Virus record (IMG/VR): IMGVR_UViG_3300046616_000314
Span: 1 to 64,000 of that record
Direction: 5' to 3' (one strand)
Length of the DNA: 64,000 nucleotides
Below the pieces are notes generated by a model. It worked only from the letters and a program-made list of their open reading frames with translations, had not been told where the DNA came from and did not search any database. The translations under genes and the position numbers were made by a program. Shown here piece by piece: positions 28,969 through 37,568 of this stretch; positions within the stretch are counted from its first letter, which is position 1; the number at the start of each line of letters is the position of its first letter.

Positions 28969-29499
28969 ATGAAGTCTCTCGCTATTGCCGCTCTCGCGGC
29001 TCTTTCTGTTGCCGCTGTTGCGGCTCCTGCCCTGGCTGCTACCGATTACGTTCAAGCGCAAGCTGGCGTCGGTTTCCAAGCCAACCGTGATAACGGTGAA
29101 GCCTATTCGGTCGCGGTCGGTCACGATTTCGGCACTGTCCGTGCTGAAGCCGAAGTGGTTGCTCTGCGCGGTCTGAACGACCCGAAGTTGGGTGATACCC
29201 AATCGAATCTGGCAAACATCAACGTGTACGTTGAGCCGGTCACTGTCTACGGCGTCACCCCGTTCGTCGGTGCTGGCGTTGGCTACGGTTCGCTGTTCGA
29301 CCGTGGTGTCAAGGGCGACCGTAATGGCGTCGTGTTCAACGCTTCGGCTGGTGCGACTTACCCGCTGACTGACAAGCTGACGCTGGTCGGTACTGCGCGT
29401 TATTTCATCGCCAACGACGTTGATTACGTCAAGACGCGCGGCACGCTGGACAACTACAAGGCTTCGGCTCTGACCGTTGGTCTCCGTTACAACTTCTAA
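28969..29499 (+). CDS. 8-stranded outer-membrane beta-barrel protein (OmpA-TM/Ail/Lom-like)
   Basis: Sec signal peptide ending ALA, TPFVGAGVGY, alternating beta strands and C-terminal GLRYNF BAM signal. Confidence 0.9.
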   Translation: MKSLAIAALAALSVAAVAAPALAATDYVQAQAGVGFQANRDNGEAYSVAVGHDFGTVRAEAEVVALRGLNDPKLGDTQSNLANINVYVEPVTVYGVTPFVGAGVGYGSLFDRGVKGDRNGVVFNASAGATYPLTDKLTLVGTARYFIANDVDYVKTRGTLDNYKASALTVGLRYNF

Positions 29500-29524
29500 T
29501 TCGTCTCCGAATTAGGACCAAGAG

Positions 29525-29556
29525 AAGCGGGGCAGAAATGTCCCGCTTTTTTGTTT
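29525..29556 (+). terminator. intrinsic terminator
   Basis: AAGCGGGGCA-GAAA-TGTCCCGCTT followed by a T-run. Confidence 0.8.
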
Positions 29557-29612
29557 TATTGACAGGAAACTCTTAAATAAGTAAAGTGGAAATTCAATAG
29601 GAGAAAAAGGTT

Positions 29613-29861
29613 ATGAAGTCCAAAATTCCCAAGTCTAGAAATCCTGTGGCGAAAGCTCTGCGGTCTCCGCATCTGGCTCCCAAATCGTTTACCGCCCAAA
29701 AGGGCAAGGGAAGTTATTCCCGCAAGAGCCGGAATGGTGAAAAGCCTTCCGGCTCTTATCATATCTGGGTCCAGTCAAATTTTTGGATGCCATGGGCTTC
29801 GTATATGTCCCGAACCGTAATGATCACGCCATTGTCTTTCGTAACCCATTTCGGATTGTAA
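29613..29861 (+). CDS. arfA: alternative ribosome rescue factor A
   Basis: RNPVAKAL...KGKGSYSRK signature, own TTGACA-N17-TAAAGT promoter at 29559, AGGAG SD. Confidence 0.8.
   Translation: MKSKIPKSRNPVAKALRSPHLAPKSFTAQKGKGSYSRKSRNGEKPSGSYHIWVQSNFWMPWASYMSRTVMITPLSFVTHFGL
29724..29757. terminator. hairpin inside arfA (non-stop mRNA generator and/or terminator for the convergent gene)
   Basis: AAGAGCCGGAA-N12-TTCCGGCTCTT perfect 11-bp arms starting at the end of the KGKGSYSRK codons. Confidence 0.75.
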
Positions 29862-30181
29862 TAAGATTTCGTGAACCAGTCATAGACAGCCGGGCGCATC
29901 GCCGCATTGTCTTGGCTCACATGGGTAAATCCTGGCGCGGCGATTCTGTTGAACGGGATGAAGACAGAAATAGCGGGGCTTTTGTCCTCAAGAGAAAAAG
30001 CATCAAATTTTAATTTAAGCAGAGCAACGTCTTGATCGCTCTCGACGTAAAACAAGCAAGTCATCGTGTGGATATCAAAGCCCACGAATTCCACCAGATC
30101 GACACAGTTTTCCGAGAACCATCCGCGTTGGATGTTGCTGAGTTTGGCTTCACTGATGCCGTAATAGGGAAATGGTGTCAT
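29759..30181 (-). CDS. FKLKW-family protein with internal motif and second partial domain
   Basis: GWFSENC...VESDQDVALLKLKF, followed by AVYDWF. Confidence 0.7.
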   Translation of the reverse strand: MTPFPYYGISEAKLSNIQRGWFSENCVDLVEFVGFDIHTMTCLFYVESDQDVALLKLKFDAFSLEDKSPAISVFIPFNRIAAPGFTHVSQDNAAMRPAVYDWFTKSYYNPKWVTKDNGVIITVRDIYEAHGIQKFDWTQI

Positions 30182-30495
30182 CCGAATTTCATCTTGAAAC
30201 TAAACGCGACATCATCGTTGATGAACGAAAACTCTATGGTATCGCTCATGACACGATAGATATCCCATGTTTGGGCATACGGTCCAGCGTTCAGTGTCAA
30301 CCATTCTTCCGTGGGATTGTTAAGGCACCATGTCATATGGACATAGGACACCTTAATAAATGGAACAGAAACAACCGAACCAAGCCAAAGCGGAATACGT
30401 CTGCTTGCTCTTGTTTTCATGGCAGTTTGGCGAGTTATGTTCGTAAGTATCACGCTCAATTGTTCATCAAGCCATGTTTGTTCGACTTTATCCAT
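30178..30495 (-). CDS. FKLKW-family protein
   Basis: EEWL...NAG; FINDDVAFSFKMKFG. Confidence 0.8.
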   Translation of the reverse strand: MDKVEQTWLDEQLSVILTNITRQTAMKTRASRRIPLWLGSVVSVPFIKVSYVHMTWCLNNPTEEWLTLNAGPYAQTWDIYRVMSDTIEFSFINDDVAFSFKMKFG

Positions 30496-30715
30496 ATTTC
30501 AAAATCGCTTTCACGCAATCCTCATCGGACTTGAATGCGATTATCGAAACATTTTCTGGTTTGAATTCCAGATAGACCCAATTGTCTTGGGTCTCATCGT
30601 TAAGCCATTTGACGATAGCAGAAGTCAGACGCCCTTCAGGACCGACGACGTTGCGCAACGCACCCGTCGAGACACCCGGTTCCAAATACCAAACACTCAC
30701 GTTGCGCCTTTCCAT
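30488..30715 (-). CDS. FKLKW-family small protein
   Basis: IVKWL; FKSDEDCVKAILKYG. Confidence 0.75.
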   Translation of the reverse strand: MERRNVSVWYLEPGVSTGALRNVVGPEGRLTSAIVKWLNDETQDNWVYLEFKPENVSIIAFKSDEDCVKAILKYG

Positions 30716-30921
30716 TTCAATTTTGCTTCGATGGCGTCATTGAGTTTTTTGAACCCGATTACGGCAACGTGCCGGTCAGCATCATAAAATTCATAGAACC
30801 AACGAGAGCCATAGTTCTCGCGGAGAAACTTACCAAGTTGCGTCACCAAATGTCCATTCCGTGTGCCACCGCTCGGAAATTCTACCAGATGAGGCGTGGC
30901 GTGCCATTTAGGACTGTTCAT
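30697..30921 (-). CDS. FKLKW-family small protein
   Basis: FLRENYGSRW; FKKLNDAIEAKLKWK. Confidence 0.75.
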   Translation of the reverse strand: MNSPKWHATPHLVEFPSGGTRNGHLVTQLGKFLRENYGSRWFYEFYDADRHVAVIGFKKLNDAIEAKLKWKGAT

Positions 30922-31205
30922 GCCCCACCCCACTTCAAGAGGAACAATGCCACGTCTTCTTCGGTGTGACAAAACACATGAAGATAATATTTTCTTTTTT
31001 CGGTAGTGTAAGACGCCACTGGTTCGATGAACGGTCCATCAACGAACATTCCAGGGTGATTTTCTAGACACCAATCGTCAATTTTATTACCCCAATTGCC
31101 CGTGAACGGATATTCACTAACCGGGCAATAGAGTTTGATGAAATACAAACCCACGCCAGGAGAGATCGGAGCCTTTCGTTTTTTGACCGTGTACCTCATA
31201 GCCAT
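30918..31205 (-). CDS. FKLKW-family small protein
   Basis: IDDWCLEN; HTEEDVALFLLKWG. Confidence 0.85.
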   Translation of the reverse strand: MAMRYTVKKRKAPISPGVGLYFIKLYCPVSEYPFTGNWGNKIDDWCLENHPGMFVDGPFIEPVASYTTEKRKYYLHVFCHTEEDVALFLLKWGGA

Positions 31206-31504
31206 TTCAACCGAAACAACACGGCGTCTTCATCCGTAGAAAAACGAATGAAAGCCCTCCGGTTAGCGTCGTCCCTTGCCCACGCGAAACACATTTCGGG
31301 AATGTCATTGAGATATTGCCGACACCATTTCCATACCCTGTACTTGGGTGTGGTCTCAATGAGAAGAGTGGGAAAGTCGCTGTAAGCATCGGCGGGAATG
31401 TTGTCCCTGCCAATCACGGAAGAAAGTTTATACACCTTATCGAACGGGAGGTTGATCCAACCCGCCCGTTCCAACTCTCGCTGAGATTTATATTCTTTAT
31501 TCAT
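31196..31504 (-). CDS. FKLKW-family small protein
   Basis: VWKWC; FSTDEDAVLFRLKWL. Confidence 0.85.
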   Translation of the reverse strand: MNKEYKSQRELERAGWINLPFDKVYKLSSVIGRDNIPADAYSDFPTLLIETTPKYRVWKWCRQYLNDIPEMCFAWARDDANRRAFIRFSTDEDAVLFRLKWL

Positions 31505-31833
31505 CAGCGTTGCGCCAGATAGTTATTCAGCAAGCCTTCGATGTTGGCTTTGCCTGCCACATTCTGACTGTGAACGTAGAATGAAAAATCATCAGGGATG
31601 AATTCACCATCCGCGCTCAAATCGACGTTCACTAACCACCACGCGAAATCATAGCCAGACTCTTCAAGGGTCTCGTCTGATTTCAAGCCAAGGTCATGAT
31701 CGAAACTGATGAACGCCGGGCATCCAAATGCGCTCACGGTGGATATGGCTTGATAAACGTTGCGCACGATTTTCCATTCCTCGCCATCGTCGGGCGGGAA
31801 ACGTTCGTCATCGATAAAAAGTTTGTAGGTCAT
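31504..31833 (-). CDS. cyclic-phosphate-processing receiver-like domain protein
   Basis: KLFIDDER, ISFDHDLG, SGYDFAWWL and VHSQNVAG motifs. Confidence 0.75.
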   Translation of the reverse strand: MTYKLFIDDERFPPDDGEEWKIVRNVYQAISTVSAFGCPAFISFDHDLGLKSDETLEESGYDFAWWLVNVDLSADGEFIPDDFSFYVHSQNVAGKANIEGLLNNYLAQR

Positions 31834-32339
31834 CGATTGGGGTCCAACAAAATTGAAACCCATTCACACACGGTATCCCAACAACCCAATTCGTCGCAGG
31901 CGTCTTTGTTCAGGACAATGAAACCCGGTTGGTATCTGCTATTGGTGTGATCGCACGCCAACCAACCAACAGTCGGTTCGTCTTCGCGATAGGAAAACAA
32001 ATCGCCCTTGTTTGCCAATTGGGTTTCGCCAGATGAGCGAAGCAGGAAATCCCCAATATGTTCTTTGATGCCGATCAGAGCCAATAGCATCGGCGGCTTA
32101 TGCGCAGTCGTTGTTTCCATGGTTTGGAAAGGATTGATCATCAAATATGTGTAGATGGCTTCTTCTTTTGCGCGTTCTTGGATATATGCAATCGCACGAT
32201 CTTTCGTGCCGAAATCATATTCGGCATAGTACATTTCATCCAACTGGCATGGGATTGCATAGCTACCACCGCTTTTCAGAGTGGCTACTTTTCTTCTCGT
32301 TTCATCAACGAGCACAATACGGTTCCAATTGGCGTACAA
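31830..32339 (-). CDS. hypothetical protein
   Basis: 169 aa, GGAGA SD. Confidence 0.7.
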   Translation of the reverse strand: MYANWNRIVLVDETRRKVATLKSGGSYAIPCQLDEMYYAEYDFGTKDRAIAYIQERAKEEAIYTYLMINPFQTMETTTAHKPPMLLALIGIKEHIGDFLLRSSGETQLANKGDLFSYREDEPTVGWLACDHTNSRYQPGFIVLNKDACDELGCWDTVCEWVSILLDPNR

Positions 32340-32443
32340 TTAAGTCTCCGAATACTTGCGATTTCACCATATCAAAGGGATAGGAAAAGTCAACGATTTC
32401 CTGACGAAAAATGGTTGACGGATATAATTAATTTTCGTAAGCC

Positions 32444-33460
32444 ATGCCATATATCGTTTTGAGATTGATAATGGCACGCCCAAATTCTCTTCCTAAGAAA
32501 CCCACTCTTTCCAAGCTGACCGATGAAGAACAAATCGCTATCGCGGCGATTCGCTTCAATCCTGCGCTGTTCAAGAAAATCAAGAACCCGACGCAGGCTG
32601 TCTTGGAATATGGGTTGGATTCCTATCCGCAATTGATCAGCAAGATTGATAAACCAACCAACGAAATGTGGCTCCGCGCCATCAAGCGTTCGGATGGTAG
32701 CGTGATCAAATATCATCCAAATCCTTCCGAAGAGTTGCAGTTCGAATCAATTCATCGTTCTCCGATGAATTTGAAGTGCATCAAGGATCACACTCCGCTC
32801 GTTGCCAACTTGGCTATTCGTTACAATGGCTCGGCGTGGCGATATGTGAAGGCGTGCCATAAGACGGATGAGCTTATGGAACTAGCGGCTCGCCAGTATG
32901 GGTTCCAAATACGGCATTGCAAGAACCCAACCGAGAAAACGATCATGTCGGTTTTGCGTCGTGATCCTGGGCAAATTCGTTATCTTAAGAAACCGTCGAT
33001 TAAGGCGCAATGCACGGCATTTGTGACTTCGCCATATCTCATCAATTCGTATTACCAAAACGACTATCGCGAAACGATGCCCGAAGACGTTGCGTTGGCT
33101 GTCATCCGAGAGAACGGCTTAACACACCATTTGGGTCATCGGGCGCGCAACCCGCGCTATATTGCGTATGCCAGAACGACATTGACCGTCGCTCAATATA
33201 GAAAAATTGAAAACAAGATTACTGAATATAATCGCGTTTTGAAAACTTTGACTAAGCAACAATGCGATTGGTTGATTAAGACCAAGACCAAATTTCATTT
33301 AAAATATGAAGATATGTACAAAGTCGAAGTGCCCGTGTCTGCGACGGCGAAGCCATCAATTCGTCGTCGCAAACCGGCTGTACAAACTATTTCATACGCC
33401 TTGCTATTGTCATTCGACAACGCCGACGATCTCATGATGTTCACGCTCAAATTCGGCTAG
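32444..33460 (+). CDS. helical-repeat (DUF4116-like) protein fused to the C-terminal FKLKW motif
   Basis: About 23-aa repeats (AIxxNPxxIKxIKNPT); ends FDNADDLMMFTLKFG. Confidence 0.8.
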   Translation: MPYIVLRLIMARPNSLPKKPTLSKLTDEEQIAIAAIRFNPALFKKIKNPTQAVLEYGLDSYPQLISKIDKPTNEMWLRAIKRSDGSVIKYHPNPSEELQFESIHRSPMNLKCIKDHTPLVANLAIRYNGSAWRYVKACHKTDELMELAARQYGFQIRHCKNPTEKTIMSVLRRDPGQIRYLKKPSIKAQCTAFVTSPYLINSYYQNDYRETMPEDVALAVIRENGLTHHLGHRARNPRYIAYARTTLTVAQYRKIENKITEYNRVLKTLTKQQCDWLIKTKTKFHLKYEDMYKVEVPVSATAKPSIRRRKPAVQTISYALLLSFDNADDLMMFTLKFG

Positions 33461-33910
33461 GTCTCGCATCATATCGCGATGACCCTGGCGACGTGCCGCA
33501 ACACGCATCCGACGCTTTGCGTGTTGCGCGGCATGGACGCGCTGTCGATAGCACGTGCCATTCCGGCGAACCATGTGATGAACTTTTTCCCACATATAAT
33601 GTAGGTCTGCGCCATCGGAATCGTAGTCGGGATTCCACTCGTAGCGGACCTTCTTGACCATCGCCGGGTAATACTCGTAGCGATAGGCTTCCTCATGGTC
33701 GCCTTCACAATTCCGAAAGACGTATGGGACTTTACGATATTTTTCTCCCATTTCCTCGTACTCAATGCGGAAGCGTACCGGTTCGGGAACTGGTGGCTTG
33801 GGAAGTTTTAGATAGTTGTAATCGGATAATTTGAAACGCCCGTCCTTGGCTTTTGCACAATGGGCATGATTATTGCGATGAAGAATCAATTTACGAATGG
33901 TGCGAGACAC
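33410..33910 (-). CDS. basic hypothetical protein (MSRTIRK...)
   Basis: GTG start with GAGGGAG SD. Confidence 0.7.
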   Translation of the reverse strand: MSRTIRKLILHRNNHAHCAKAKDGRFKLSDYNYLKLPKPPVPEPVRFRIEYEEMGEKYRKVPYVFRNCEGDHEEAYRYEYYPAMVKKVRYEWNPDYDSDGADLHYMWEKVHHMVRRNGTCYRQRVHAAQHAKRRMRVAARRQGHRDMMRDLAEFEREHHEIVGVVE

Positions 33911-34423
33911 AGGTTCTCTCCCTCTCAAAAGGTTGCGGTTAGGTCATGGGGATGCCTTTCTAAAACCATGCGGTTTTAGTGCGCGTGAACGTTCGTCATA
34001 AAGCTAATTGCAGTGGCAATAGCTGCGATACGTTCCTATGAGAGAAGGTATAACTGCACCATAATGTCGTACATACGACCAATTATATGTGTCTTGTAAG
34101 CCTTCTTAATATGAAACACTGAGTAAAGTATGTGTTTCGAATCTCATACTACCATCGAACGAATTTTTGTCAAGAAATTTTAGTTCATTAACGAATATGG
34201 TTGAGAAATCGTTAAAATCGTATTCGTAACCTTAATGTCGCAAAAAAATTTACACTCGCTTAACCAGCGAAAAACCCAAGTGAGACGGGGGTTTTTGCCT
34301 CCTCTACGTTCAAATGTGGCGATAGCGTGGTAAAAAAATGATCAGATCATGCTTGACTAATGGCTAACGACCGGTGTTATCTCCGCTCCACCGACTGGGA
34401 CGTTTGGGGACTGGAAAAAACAC

Positions 34424-34900
34424 ATGAAAATCAAGCTCGCACTTATTGGTGCGCTAAGCCTAGCACTTGCCGGGATCGCACATGCCGAGACCGAAAAGAG
34501 TGCTTGGCAATTTCGCACTCCCGCTGAAACTTCTGTAGCGCAAAACAGCGTTGTTTTGATGCAGCAGAAGCAGAACGACTACTACAAGATGTACAAGAAT
34601 GGCGGCTCTGGCGTCATTGGCGGCGGAAGTGGTCTGTTCGGTTCGTCAACTTCGGCGACCAACAACTTCACGCAAATCGTCAACCAGAACACCACCAACA
34701 ACAACTGTTCTGCAACGGGCGCCGGATCGGCTCTGACGTGTGGTTCGTCTTCTACCAATACGAACAACGTCAATCAGACGACCACGGACTCGACCGCTGA
34801 TGCGAACAACACCATCACCGGTAACACCATCACGAACCAGCCCTCGACCACGACGAATTCGGGCAACACCGGTTCGACGGTAACTGGGGGCAACCAATGA
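34424..34900 (+). CDS. secreted N/T/S/G-rich HfaA/curlin-like protein
   Basis: Signal peptide ending AHA; GSSTSATNNFTQIVNQ...NSGN low-complexity region; first gene of the operon before the CsgG/HfaB homolog. Confidence 0.65.
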   Translation: MKIKLALIGALSLALAGIAHAETEKSAWQFRTPAETSVAQNSVVLMQQKQNDYYKMYKNGGSGVIGGGSGLFGSSTSATNNFTQIVNQNTTNNNCSATGAGSALTCGSSSTNTNNVNQTTTDSTADANNTITGNTITNQPSTTTNSGNTGSTVTGGNQ

Positions 34901-35889
34901 ACAAGCGTAACCTTTTCCTGACCGTCGCTCTTATGATGTCGATGGCAATTCCTGCCGTGGCTTCCGCCGGAAGCAAGAAGGCAGTCAACCCGATGAACCC
35001 ACGCAATGCGATGGTTCTGGGATCGGCGCCGGAAAACAACGTGACCGCGACTCAAAACGGTTTCGTCTGTTTCGCCAACTACCTCGCCAAGGACCCGCGC
35101 CGCCCGGTCTTCTCGGTTGGTCGCCTGCGCGATGACTCGGGAAAGTTTTCGAATTTCGCCAATGAGCCGGGTTCGGCTGGCGGCTACGAAATGACCCAAG
35201 GTCTGTCCAACATGGTCTATACGGCTCTGGGCAAGCTGGCTCCTGACTTCGCCATCGTTGAGCGCACGGATACCGCAATCGTGGACTCCGAAATCTCGCT
35301 CGCCAAGGAAAGCCTGTTGGGCGATCCTTCGGAGCAAGGCACGTGGGCTGTCGATAAGAACGGGCAAAAGATTTTGCTCGGCAAAGGTCTTCGGTCCTTG
35401 ACCGGCGGTCAATTCCAGGGTGTTGATTACTACATCACTGGTGCGATCACCGAAATCAACTACAACATTTCGTCGGGCGGCGCCCAACTCAAGGTTCAAG
35501 GGATCGGCGGCGGCAATCGCGTCTATTCCATGAGCATTGCGATGGACCTTCGCATCGTGGATGCCCGCACGCTCCGCGTGGTCAAGACCGTCTCTGAACG
35601 GAAGAAGATCAGCGGTAATGAAACCGAATTTGGTGTCTTTAATTTCCTCGGAGATTATCTGATCGACATCAATGCGGGTCGTAAGCTTCAAGAGCCCATT
35701 CAACTGGGCGTGCGAGCGACTATGGAATCAGCCCTACTCAAGTTGGTCGGGGCTGCATATGGCACGAATTACGGGGAAACTTGTAGCTCGTATGCCGCCA
35801 CTACCTACGGTCAAGTTGTGCCTGTCACGACTCCCGTAGCCGACAACACGGCTGATCCCATCGCGGATAAGCTGTCGGCGTCGAAGTAA
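34897..35889 (+). CDS. hfaB: CsgG/HfaB-family secretion pore protein
   Basis: VGRLRDDSGK, TQG..MVYTALGK, IVERTD, DYYITGAITEINYN, MDLRIVDARTL and EPIQLGVRA motifs. Confidence 0.85.
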   Translation: MNKRNLFLTVALMMSMAIPAVASAGSKKAVNPMNPRNAMVLGSAPENNVTATQNGFVCFANYLAKDPRRPVFSVGRLRDDSGKFSNFANEPGSAGGYEMTQGLSNMVYTALGKLAPDFAIVERTDTAIVDSEISLAKESLLGDPSEQGTWAVDKNGQKILLGKGLRSLTGGQFQGVDYYITGAITEINYNISSGGAQLKVQGIGGGNRVYSMSIAMDLRIVDARTLRVVKTVSERKKISGNETEFGVFNFLGDYLIDINAGRKLQEPIQLGVRATMESALLKLVGAAYGTNYGETCSSYAATTYGQVVPVTTPVADNTADPIADKLSASK

Positions 35890-35947
35890 GACGTACCCTT
35901 TAAAAAGCACGGGCATTCCGCTCGGCATAGGAAAGAGACCCTACAAT

Positions 35948-36811
35948 ATGCGTAATCTTCTCATCGCGGCTTCTGCCGTAGCTCTGTTCGCTGGCATCGC
36001 TACTCAAGCTTCGGCTACGGGCGACTCCTACGGCGTCCAACTGAACCTGGGCACCCTGCAACTGGGTCAGTCGAACGTTCATCGCACGTCGGTTGGCGGC
36101 AAGCTGAACCTCTCGACCGCCGCTGTCGGCACCAACCTGTCGGTCCTGTCGGACATCCCGGCGACGACTGACCACACCAGCAACAGCGGTCGTACCAACG
36201 GCGACGCTCGCGTGGCTTCTCTGCAAGTCAACGCCCTGACCGCCCAAATCGCGACCACCAGCGTCACTCGTTCGTCGGTCGGCGCCGATCTGACCACCAG
36301 CACGCAAGCCATCGGCAACGCTGTTGATGTCGAATCGACCCACAACTACGTGTCGAACGGCTACGTCACCAGCAACACCGATTTCGACAAGTCGATCAGC
36401 CTGCAAGCCAACGTCGGCGCCGTGCAACTCGCCACCACCGACATCGCCCGCGTTTCGGTCGGTGACGATCTGGACGTGAGCACCATCGCTGTCGGCAACA
36501 CTTCGTCGTTCTTCGGCGCCAAGGGCGTTGCGGCTGCGACCGGTCAACTGAACCTGGGTACGGTGCAACTGGCTTCGACCGACTTCACTCGCTCGTCGGT
36601 CGCTGACAACGCTTCGTTCTCGACTTCGGCTTTCGGCAACGTGGCGTCGTACACCGGCAACACCGTCGATCCGCTGACCGTCCAAGTCAACGCTCTGACC
36701 ATCCAAGGCGCCAGCACCAACATCGGTCGCTCGTCCTTCGGCGGTAACGTTTCGGTCGATACCTCGGCGGTCGGTAACGCGATCACCGTCTCGACCAACC
36801 TGAACAACTAA
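35948..36811 (+). CDS. secreted beta-repeat HfaD-like protein
   Basis: Signal peptide; five ~38-aa repeats Q-x-N-x4-Q-x-A...R-x-S-[VF]...S-T-x-A-x-G-N. Confidence 0.75.
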   Translation: MRNLLIAASAVALFAGIATQASATGDSYGVQLNLGTLQLGQSNVHRTSVGGKLNLSTAAVGTNLSVLSDIPATTDHTSNSGRTNGDARVASLQVNALTAQIATTSVTRSSVGADLTTSTQAIGNAVDVESTHNYVSNGYVTSNTDFDKSISLQANVGAVQLATTDIARVSVGDDLDVSTIAVGNTSSFFGAKGVAAATGQLNLGTVQLASTDFTRSSVADNASFSTSAFGNVASYTGNTVDPLTVQVNALTIQGASTNIGRSSFGGNVSVDTSAVGNAITVSTNLNN

Positions 36812-36841
36812 GACCCACACCCAGCCGGTTTGAGTTGTGAG

Positions 36842-36877
36842 AAGAGGGTAGGGGAGAAATCTCCTACCCTCTTTTTT
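36842..36877 (+). terminator. intrinsic terminator of the hfa-like operon
   Basis: AAGAGGGTAGG...CCTACCCTCTT followed by a T-run. Confidence 0.8.
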
Positions 36878-37511
36878 ATTTGCCGTACCGAAGTTTGAAT
36901 TCGATGATGTCATCTTCATTTGAAAAATAAAATACGATCTCGGCTTTTGCATCATCCCTACCGGGATCATCCCATTCAGAAATCGACCAGTAGCCGTTGT
37001 GTGGTTTCTGAATTTCTTTGCGCTTCAGAAGCCGACAATCTTTGACTGTCAGCATCAGCGACACCGGAGAGAACTTGTGACTCGCTGCACGGGCGAAGGT
37101 CACTTCCTCATCGAAGGGCACGAACAGGGTCCTAGGATCGAACCAGAAGCCCTCGGAATTGTGCCAGGGTAGTCCGTTGTCAAAACGGCTCTCCCTAAGC
37201 TGACGGAGGTTCCTACGCACGTTGTGGACTACGGATACGCGGCTGTACATCAGATCATGGACCTGCCGGGCGTTATACATTTGCTTGAGGCGAATGCGAA
37301 TCTGTTCGAAGGTAAAGAACCGGACGGCGGTCATGTGCCGGTTGTTGCTCATCCGGTACAGCCATTGCGCGGCATTCTTATCGCGCTTGTAAGCCCGTGT
37401 GACGGGGTTATCGCAGTGGTGGTGCTGGTTGAACGCGGCGATGCTTTCCGCCTTGCGTGCAGCCTTGGAGGCTCGCCAATCGATGATCTCTTGATATTGA
37501 TGACGTGCCAT
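36876..37511 (-). CDS. long FKLKW-family protein
   Basis: NGYWS...FSNEDDIIEFKLRYG; own TTGACA promoter near 37567. Confidence 0.8.
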   Translation of the reverse strand: MARHQYQEIIDWRASKAARKAESIAAFNQHHHCDNPVTRAYKRDKNAAQWLYRMSNNRHMTAVRFFTFEQIRIRLKQMYNARQVHDLMYSRVSVVHNVRRNLRQLRESRFDNGLPWHNSEGFWFDPRTLFVPFDEEVTFARAASHKFSPVSLMLTVKDCRLLKRKEIQKPHNGYWSISEWDDPGRDDAKAEIVFYFSNEDDIIEFKLRYGK

Positions 37512-37568
37512 AATTCCAAAACCAATTAAAAGATTTTGGTATCTTAGCTTAGATAATTAATTTGTCAA

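Noticed and set aside
34180-34300. CtrA boxes upstream of the hfa-like operon
   Set aside because: Several TTAA half-sites are present but no TTAA-N7-TTAA full site was found.
34774-36970. Long antisense ORFs (309 and 356 aa), likewise 39672-40835 and 49275-50072
   Set aside because: These are shadow frames of strongly codon-biased sense genes and carry no motifs or expression signals.
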